DNA of 64,000 nt from an uncultured Alphaproteobacteria bacterium (lineage in GTDB: Bacteria > Pseudomonadota > Alphaproteobacteria > Rhizobiales > Xanthobacteraceae), in NCBI GenBank assembly GCA_963809675.1, contig CAWEKJ010000002.1:306-64305 (forward strand). The letters run 5' to 3'. Below are positions 54,146 through 64,000 of this stretch, in pieces (position 1 is the stretch's first letter; the number at the start of each line of letters is the position of its first letter). A program made the position numbers and the translations under genes. The notes under the pieces were generated by a model that had not been told where the DNA came from, searched no databases, and saw only the letters and a program-made list of their open reading frames with translations.

Positions 54146-55327
54146 TACTGCCAGCGCATCGAGCACCTGCCCGACATCGCGTTCGACATCCGCCGCCGCC
54201 ACCTCGATCACCCGATAGCCGTGCGCTTCCAGCCACGCCCGCATCTCGGCGCGCGTGCGCGAGGCCGCCTCGGTTTCCGCCTGCGGCGCAAGTTCGATCA
54301 CGCTTTTGAGCGGGAACGAGACGAAATCGGCGATGTGCGGGCCGATCGGTACCTGCCGCTTGAAGCCGCGCCCGGCGAAGCGGCGGTCATTGACCAGCGC
54401 ATGCCACAACGCACGCTCGGCGTCGGTCGGATTACGCCGTAGGAGCCGCGGTAGGCCGCGCAAGGGTGTGCGTTCGGACGGCGCGCGCGCCGCGCCATGT
54501 TCGGCCAGCAGCTCGCGCAGCCGCGCGGCGCCCTCGCCGTCGAGCACGCCGCCGCGCGCGGGCCCCTTGCGGCCTTGCGCGATCGCCGTAACCACTCCGT
54601 GCAAAGTGCGAATGTCCTGCTGGGTCGGCGCCATGCGCTGGAAAATATTGCGCAGGTTGACGCTCATGACGCCGCGCTTCTCGTCGGGCCGGAAAAATTC
54701 GACCTTGTCGAGCTCACGTTCTAGATCGGCGAAGAACGCATCGAGTTGCTGCTTGGCGACCGGCGGTGATCGCTCCGCAGTAGCGAACGGCAGATCGCTG
54801 CCCGCCTGCTTGAACCATTCGTAGCCCACGATCACCACCGCCTGGGCCAAATTGAGCGAGGCGAAAGCCGGATTGACCGGCAGTGTGAGGATACGATCGG
54901 CGCGTCCGACCTCGTGGTTCTCCAATCCGTTACGCTCGCGGCCGAACACGATGGCGACATTTTCGCCCGCCGCGACCCGCGGCGCCATTTCCGCCGCCGC
55001 TTGCGCAGCTCCGATCACCGGCTTGGCCTGGTCGTGATTACGTGCGGTCGCGGCAATTACGAAACTGCAATCGCCGATGGCATCCGCCATGCTGTCATGC
55101 AGTGTCGCGGCGTCGAGCACGCGATCGGCGCCGGCCGCCATGACGCGGGCCTTCTCGTTCGGCCAGCCCCGCACCGGCTTGACCAGCCGCAGGCGAGACA
55201 GCCCGAAATTGGCCATGGCGCGCGCGGCCGCGCCGATGTTCTCGCCGAGCTGCGGCTCGACCAGAACGACGATCGGCGCCGCCTGTTCGACCCAGCGCTT
55301 GGTCTTGTCGGTGCCGGCTCCGGGCAT
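54134..55327 (-). CDS. trmJ: TrmJ/LasT SPOUT RNA methyltransferase fused to a C-terminal DUF559 domain
   Basis: LGENIGAAARAMANFG, FGRERNGL, SLNLAQAV; then LRRNPTDAERALW...FKRQVPIGP.IADF. Confidence 0.85.
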   Translation of the reverse strand: MPGAGTDKTKRWVEQAAPIVVLVEPQLGENIGAAARAMANFGLSRLRLVKPVRGWPNEKARVMAAGADRVLDAATLHDSMADAIGDCSFVIAATARNHDQAKPVIGAAQAAAEMAPRVAAGENVAIVFGRERNGLENHEVGRADRILTLPVNPAFASLNLAQAVVIVGYEWFKQAGSDLPFATAERSPPVAKQQLDAFFADLERELDKVEFFRPDEKRGVMSVNLRNIFQRMAPTQQDIRTLHGVVTAIAQGRKGPARGGVLDGEGAARLRELLAEHGAARAPSERTPLRGLPRLLRRNPTDAERALWHALVNDRRFAGRGFKRQVPIGPHIADFVSFPLKSVIELAPQAETEAASRTRAEMRAWLEAHGYRVIEVAAADVERDVGQVLDALAVSAL

Positions 55328-55471
55328 CACGTCCTCCGCAGGCGGTATAGCCGCCTTGCTTGCGGGCGAAAAGAACGGCGAACGCTGAAGGCTTCCGCCG
55401 CCCGAATGGGGATGCTATAGGCACGCCCGCTGGCAGCCGTCCGCGCGACTGATCAAAAGGTTTTATCCGAA

Positions 55472-56683
55472 ATGGCGAAGATCAAGGTGGCTAACCCCGT
55501 CGTCGAAATGGACGGCGACGAGATGACCCGCATTATTTGGCAGCTCATAAAGGATAAGCTGGTCCACCCCTATCTCGATATCGACCTGCTTTATTACGAT
55601 CTCAGCGTCCAGAAACGCGACGAAACCAACGACCAGATCACCGTCGACGCCGCCGAGATGACCAAGAAAGTCGGCGTGGCGGTCAAATGCGCCACCATCA
55701 CGCCAGACGAAGCGCGGGTGAAGGAATTCAATCTCAAGAAAATGTGGCGTTCGCCGAACGGCACCATCCGCAACATCCTCGGCGGCGTGATCTTCCGCGA
55801 ACCGATCATCTGCAAGAACGTGCCGCGCCTGGTGCCGGGTTGGACCAAGCCGATTATCATCGGCCGCCACGCCTACGGCGATCAATATCGCGCGACTGAC
55901 ATCCGCGTGCCTGCGAATGCAACGCTGACCATGAGCTACGCCGGCGCCGACGGCAAAAAGGTCGAGCACGAGGTGTTCAAATTCCCCGATTCGGGCGTCG
56001 CGATGGCGATGTACAATCTCGACGACTCGATCCGCGACTTTGCCCGCGCCTCGATGAACTACGCGGTTCAGCGCGGCTATCCGCTCTATCTCTCGACCAA
56101 GAACACCATCCTGAAGGTCTATGACGGCCGCTTCATGGAGCTGTTCCAGCAGGTTTTCGACGCCGAGTTCAAGACCGAATTCGACAAGAAGAAGATCACC
56201 TACGAGCACCGTCTGATCGACGACATGGTGGCGGCGGCGCTGAAGTGGTCGGGCGGTTATGTCTGGGCCTGCAAGAACTACGACGGCGACGTGCAGTCCG
56301 ACATCGTGGCGCAGGGCTTCGGCTCGCTGGGTCTGATGACGTCGGTGTTGTTGACGCCGGACGGCAAGGTCGTGGAATCGGAAGCGGCCCACGGCACGGT
56401 GACGCGGCATTACCGCGAGCACCAGAAGGGCCGCGAAACCTCGACCAATTCGATCGCCTCGATCTTCGCCTGGACACGCGGTCTGACGCATCGCGCCAAG
56501 CTCGACAGCAATGCGGCGCTGTCGAAGTTTGCGGCCACACTGGAGAAAGTCTGCATCGATACCGTGGAAGCAGGCTTCATGACAAAGGACTTGGCGCTGC
56601 TGGTCGGCGCCGATCAGAAGTGGCTGTCCACCACAGGCTTCCTCGATAAGGTCGACGAGAATTTGAAGAAAGCGATGGGCTGA
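55472..56683 (+). CDS. icd: NADP-dependent isocitrate dehydrogenase
   Basis: [38 protein letters not shown]. Confidence 0.97.
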   Translation: MAKIKVANPVVEMDGDEMTRIIWQLIKDKLVHPYLDIDLLYYDLSVQKRDETNDQITVDAAEMTKKVGVAVKCATITPDEARVKEFNLKKMWRSPNGTIRNILGGVIFREPIICKNVPRLVPGWTKPIIIGRHAYGDQYRATDIRVPANATLTMSYAGADGKKVEHEVFKFPDSGVAMAMYNLDDSIRDFARASMNYAVQRGYPLYLSTKNTILKVYDGRFMELFQQVFDAEFKTEFDKKKITYEHRLIDDMVAAALKWSGGYVWACKNYDGDVQSDIVAQGFGSLGLMTSVLLTPDGKVVESEAAHGTVTRHYREHQKGRETSTNSIASIFAWTRGLTHRAKLDSNAALSKFAATLEKVCIDTVEAGFMTKDLALLVGADQKWLSTTGFLDKVDENLKKAMG

Positions 56684-56694
56684 CGGATGGAGCC

Positions 56695-56904
56695 ATGGCC
56701 GGGCCATCATCGGCAATGCCGGCAAATCTGTCCGAGTTGATCGCCGCACCCGGCGAGGCCGTGGTCATGACGCTGCACGCGCAAGGTGCGCAAATTTACG
56801 AGTGCAAAGCAGGCGACAACCGGCAGCTCGGCTGGGCCGCGCGCGAGCCGATCGCGACGCTACTCCATGACGGCAAAATCTACGTGTTTTTGCGAAAGCC
56901 GTAG
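56695..56904 (+). pseudogene. Truncated DUF3455-like fragment
   Basis: TLHAQGAQIYECK...W..REPIATL..DGK, then ends inside the convergent GNAT gene. Confidence 0.6.
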
Positions 56905-57357
56905 CTCCATCGCGTCGTAAGGCGGTCGGCCGGGATCGGCGCCCTCGCCGATGACGGCAAAGCCAAGGCGCTCGAAATAGGCACGATTACCCGGCAGATT
57001 CTTGCGCACGCGCAGCGTCAGCCGTGTGGCGGCTAATGCCCGCGCTTCACGCTCCGCCGCCACGATCAGCGCGCGCCCAACGCCCCGTTTTCGCCAATCG
57101 GGCGCCGTCGCCAGCCGCGTCAGATAAAGTGCGTCGCCTTGACGCGCGCAAAACAGGCTGCCGATAAATCGCGCGCCGTCTTGAGCCACCAAAACGAGCC
57201 CATCGCGCTGGCGGGCCGCGAGGTCGGCGACAGTTTCCTTGAGCACACCCGAGGGCGGCTCAAACGCGCCGAAGGCGGCATGGATCATCGCCATGATGTC
57301 GCCGAGATGGCCGGCGGTCGTCCAACGCGAGACGGTGAACGCTGGCGGTGCACCCAC
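56860..57357 (-). CDS. GNAT acetyltransferase
   Basis: RLATAPDWRKRGVGRAL motif A, N..YFERLGF. Confidence 0.85.
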   Translation of the reverse strand: MGAPPAFTVSRWTTAGHLGDIMAMIHAAFGAFEPPSGVLKETVADLAARQRDGLVLVAQDGARFIGSLFCARQGDALYLTRLATAPDWRKRGVGRALIVAAEREARALAATRLTLRVRKNLPGNRAYFERLGFAVIGEGADPGRPPYDAMELRLSQKHVDFAVME

Positions 57358-57360
57358 GGC

Positions 57361-60021
<2,661 letters not shown>

Positions 60022-60424
60022 CGGAACGCTTGCGTTAGCCCCCTGCCCCTCACGGGGCTAAATCCCCGTCCGGCTTGTCGTTTTCAGGGGCTATTTAACG
60101 GCGGGGGTGGCGTAAGTCCAGAAAAGGCGTCTCCAAAACGCACATCGCCCCCGTCCTCGGTGGCGGCCGCTTTACGCAGCCGGGTGCCGACGGGGGCGAA
60201 TGCTCTACGCATCACCTGAGATACGCATCACGCAATGGTGCGGCGGATATCACGGGGCGCCGCCGCCGCGCCATACAAACATCGACTCCGTTCTTCCCGC
60301 GCAAGCGGAATCCGCTCTAACTCATGAGGCCTTGGCCCGGACTCGCATTCCGCCTTCGCGCGATGCGCTTCGGCACTGGATCCGCCGCTCGCGCGCGAGC
60401 GTAGGCTGGGTACAGCGGCTGTGT

Positions 60425-61510
<1,086 letters not shown>

Positions 61511-61592
61511 GTCGCGCTCCTTATGGCCGGGAAATTCCTCCCCGACAACGCGGCCCGCGCCGTGCTGCCGGAATCGTTTGATGGACAGTAAT

Positions 61593-61625
61593 GTACACTA
61601 TTTGTTCTCAGTTCGCAATATGTTC
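61593..61625. promoter_or_regulatory. Alphaproteobacterial LexA boxes upstream of recA
   Basis: GTTC-gcaatat-GTTC (61611-61625) plus degenerate GTAC-actattt-GTTC (61593-61607). Confidence 0.85.
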
Positions 61626-61715
61626 TTTTAGGTATTACGGTAGTGGTCCCCTTTCCCATTCGGCCCAATTTGAGTGGCTCTTTTGGTCTAAGGGTGGTCC
61701 CTTTTGATAGTTCCC

Positions 61716-61741
61716 GGAACGGAGGCATTGCTGGACGCGTT
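61716..61741 (+). promoter_or_regulatory. EcfG/SigT-type promoter GGAAC-N17-CGTT
   Basis: Exact consensus directly before sRNA candidate 1. Confidence 0.75.
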
Positions 61742-61746
61742 AAATC

Positions 61747-61840
61747 ATGGGTCGCTTTGAGAGTGTCCCTCCACCCATCCCCGAATGACATTCCCTAGCG
61801 ACCCGTCGGGTCGCCTTGTCCCCTTGGCGGCCCGACTTTT
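61747..61840 (+). ncRNA. Candidate general-stress sRNA 1 (C-rich loop hairpin plus terminator)
   Basis: GGGTCGCT/AGCGACCC and GAGTGTC/GACATTC stems around CCTCCACCCATCCCC; terminator GTCGGGTCGCC/GGCGGCCCGAC-TTTT. Confidence 0.7.
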
Positions 61841-62129
61841 GGTGCTGGCCTGTTTTGACCCCCAGTGGCCTGATTTGAATTGGATGGCGGCCTATTTTGG
61901 TGGGGAACAAAAGCGAAGCGATTTTGAGCCAATAGCGTTCATCAGTTGGTTTCCAAAATTCCAGAGCCTGTCTGCGGCTTCACGTAGCGCCTTGTTTGGG
62001 TCGCCATAGGACCACCACCGGTAGTAGGTAGGTATTGTCCGTATTTAAGCCCGGCGTCCTAATTTGCTGAATCCACTGTCCTAATTTCAGGATATCGGAT
62101 TCAGGTTTCGCTAAATGCTTGGTCTCTAC

Positions 62130-62206
62130 GCTCATACCGTTCGGGATAGGTCTGAGCCCGGGCGACAATTGAAGCCTCGGCGCGCTCCACGCGCCGGGGT
62201 TTTTTT
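62130..62206 (+). ncRNA. Candidate two-hairpin sRNA ending in a strong terminator
   Basis: GCTCATACC/GGTCTGAGC stem; CTCGGCGCG/CGCGCCGGG stem plus T7; no ORF. Confidence 0.4.
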
Positions 62207-62226
62207 GCGCGCTATTGAGAGCTCCT

Positions 62227-62251
62227 GGAACGCAAATTCGCAGGCGGCGTT
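62227..62251 (+). promoter_or_regulatory. EcfG/SigT-type promoter GGAAC-N16-CGTT
   Basis: Exact consensus directly before sRNA candidate 2. Confidence 0.75.
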
Positions 62252-62257
62252 AAACTT

Positions 62258-62342
62258 GATCGCTTGGGTGCCTAACCCCCAACCCCAGCATTCCTAGCGA
62301 TGCACGGGCCGCCTTTCTCACGGGGCGGCCCGACCATTTTTT
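62258..62342 (+). ncRNA. Candidate general-stress sRNA 2, paralog of sRNA 1
   Basis: ATCGCT/AGCGAT stem around CTAACCCCCAACCCCA; terminator CGGGCCGCC/GGCGGCCCG then T-run. Confidence 0.7.
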
Positions 62343-62426
62343 GAGAACGAAATTCTTGACACGCCAGAACTCCAAATTATTTTTGTAGTTATACGGGTGG
62401 AAAATGTGCGCGTTTGGGGTGCGCCC

Positions 62427-62609
62427 ATGCCGGGGTACAGGTTTTATTCGATCAAGCAAGACGGTCACATTGCGGCACCCGCTATTGAGCGGGATTGCCC
62501 GAACGATGGCGAGGCTTTGAAAGAGGCCCACCAACTGGTGAATGGCCACGACATAGAGGTCTGGCAAGGCTCTCGGATTCTCGCCTACCTCACGCCCGGC
62601 GATAAATAA
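62427..62609 (+). CDS. 60-aa hypothetical protein (YRFY..DGHI...D.EA...IEVWQG.R type)
   Basis: Resembles a small protein family common in Nitrobacteraceae; AGAAC-N16-AGTT upstream at 62366-62390. Confidence 0.7.
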   Translation: MPGYRFYSIKQDGHIAAPAIERDCPNDGEALKEAHQLVNGHDIEVWQGSRILAYLTPGDK

Positions 62610-62669
62610 GTTGAGGCCGCTTCAGCTTTTCCCTGCCACGTAAAGGGCGAAGATAGATTCGTTCTCAAT

Positions 62670-62849
62670 TTCAATCGGTGCGGCGTGCATGAAGCGCACC
62701 AGCAGACGCCAGCCATAGCGATCGGCATTGCCGACCATCCGTGGTCAATTGGCGAATTGATTGACGCCGCGCTGGCGCAAGTACCGCCACGCTTAGGTCG
62801 TCGCCACAAGAAGCCCAGCCTGACCGTAATCGAGGGAGGCAAACTATGA
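62670..62849 (+). pseudogene. 3' fragment of an IS1-family-like transposase
   Basis: FNRCGVHEAHQQTPAIAIGIADHPWSIGELIDAAL resembles the YNFCRxH..TPAMA.G..DH.W C-terminus. Confidence 0.65.
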
Positions 62850-62881
62850 GATTTTTACGGGCAGATGGCGTACAATGCGAC

Positions 62882-63007
62882 ATGCACGCGTTCCTCAGAA
62901 TTATGACAGGAAGCACCACGATATTTGGAATCGTCGTCCACCATTGGCTACTTTGGGTGCTTGCCAGTGCCGTGTACTGGGCGCTGATTGCGATGAGTGA
63001 GTTATAA
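62882..63007 (+). CDS. Putative 41-aa membrane peptide (below the ORF-track cutoff)
   Basis: MHAFLRIMTGSTTIFGIVVHHWLLWVLASAVYWALIAMSEL*; weak RBS. Confidence 0.4.
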   Translation: MHAFLRIMTGSTTIFGIVVHHWLLWVLASAVYWALIAMSEL

Positions 63008-63133
63008 ATCGCCGCTGTCCTAATTTCGGATTGCGAGTGTCCGAATTAGGCCGGTACGGGGGGACTTTCTGCTGACTTTTCAAGCTTGCCGGCTAAAACG
63101 GCCCGCATTGAAGACGAAAGCAGTCCGTCCGCC

Positions 63134-63535
63134 TCAACATTTACGGAAAAATTTGTAGGTATCCGGCGCGCGCATCCAGATGAACTCGTGCGTCAGCCCG
63201 CCATGCGCTTTGATCCACGCCTTGATGCCCGGGGAATAGGAAGCCCACAGCGTCGCGGTCGCCTGCGGCAGATGCGCCAGGTGAAAGCCGAAACTGGCGG
63301 CGGGCGTCACGCAAATCTTGCCGCGCGGGATATGGCCGAGAAGAACCGTGCAGGCCGATTGGCAGGGGCCGACGATGCGGGCGTTGACGCCGCGCTGCGC
63401 GAGCCCGGCCCAGCGCGCATCATAAGCCGCGACCGACCCGCCGTGATTGTCGGAAACGTCGACCGTTTCGGCCCCGACAGGCATCGCCGCGGCGAAAAAA
63501 ACGACGCAAACAAAAACGTACCAAGCGGCTTTCAT
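63134..63535 (-). CDS. Secreted hypothetical protein (D..GG, C.SACT, FGFH motifs; possible ClpP/crotonase-like fold)
   Basis: GGGAG RBS, signal peptide, conserved-looking Cys motifs. Confidence 0.75.
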   Translation of the reverse strand: MKAAWYVFVCVVFFAAAMPVGAETVDVSDNHGGSVAAYDARWAGLAQRGVNARIVGPCQSACTVLLGHIPRGKICVTPAASFGFHLAHLPQATATLWASYSPGIKAWIKAHGGLTHEFIWMRAPDTYKFFRKC

Positions 63536-63732
63536 CGGCGGCGCTCCCGTCTTCGATTGGGCGATGAGGCTGCGAGCCCAAATTGTAGCGATTTTCGCAA
63601 ATGTCCGGAAGCCGGAATATGCCGGTTGCGCCGCGCGCCGTTACAAAAATTTTACTCGCTTTTTTTCGCGCCCAAGGGCGAAATTGGCGCGCTCGTACGA
63701 CGAGCTTTTGAGGCAACCAAGGGGGAGAATCG

Positions 63733-63969
63733 ATGCGCAAACTCGTGGCCACTCTCTTTGCTATCGCCGCCATTACTCTGGCCGGCGCGCTGGCCTTCAA
63801 GGCCGACGCCCAAACCTCGCGCGGAGCCGCAGCGATCCCGGCGCAGGCGCAAAATTTCACGCCGATTGAAAAGGCCGCCTGCGGCCCGTTCAGGGGCCGT
63901 TTTTGCGGACCGTACCATCACTGGGTCTGTGGTCCCTACGGCCGTCACTGCTGGTGCGCGCACTGCTGA
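63733..63969 (+). CDS. Secreted 78-aa peptide with a 6-Cys C-terminal domain
   Basis: GGGGAG RBS, signal peptide ending ADA, CGPFRGRFCGPYHHWVCGPYGRHCWCAHC. Confidence 0.8.
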   Translation: MRKLVATLFAIAAITLAGALAFKADAQTSRGAAAIPAQAQNFTPIEKAACGPFRGRFCGPYHHWVCGPYGRHCWCAHC

Positions 63970-64000
63970 GCGCCGACGCAATTCGCGCGCAATCGAAGGC

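Noticed and set aside
60022-60424. Hairpins between alaS and recA (e.g. TCGCCCCCGTC/GACGGGGGCGA, 60146-60199) as a riboswitch or T-box
   Set aside because: No recognisable conserved motif; a terminator or chance GC-rich pairing explains them.
61642-61705. Three GTGGYYC(Y)TTT-like motifs near the recA promoter
   Set aside because: Short, degenerate and irregularly spaced; cannot be distinguished from chance.
61980-62020. tRNA-like 3' end (GGACCACCA) as an att site or tRNA gene
   Set aside because: No T-loop GTTCRA or cloverleaf, and no second copy in the window.

Overview
High-GC alphaproteobacterial chromosome segment, most likely Hyphomicrobiales (Xanthobacteraceae/Nitrobacteraceae-like); this is inferred from gene content, GTTC-N7-GTTC LexA boxes and Rhizobiales-type palindromic repeats. 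Core genes: rpe, purB, murI, rpsD, grxD/bolA, purL-purQ-purS-purC, icd, alaS, recA. Other loci: a TetR-controlled YbhGFS-like ABC exporter, a form II CoxSLM-type molybdenum hydroxylase cluster with maturation genes (interrupted by a VOC/Bug/BTAD block), pcaDC and a liv-type ABC importer. Many genes, including purB and alaS, carry 1-bp indels that look like long-read assembly errors. The most interesting signals are outside the long ORFs. (1) A ~2.4 kb island after murI is bounded by a 72-bp duplication of the murI 3' region and divided by three doublets of a ~26-nt TGTCCG...AGCGGACA palindrome into cassette-like segments carrying small secreted Gly/Tyr-rich proteins and a candidate sRNA. (2) Two paralogous, unannotated two-hairpin sRNAs with C-rich loops lie upstream of recA, each behind a perfect EcfG/SigT-type promoter (GGAAC-N16/17-CGTT). 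(3) Further EcfG-type promoters drive a divergent microprotein pair and a KTSC gene. (4) A TrmJ-DUF559 fusion has a degenerate nuclease motif. All family calls come from motif recognition by eye; no database searches were run.
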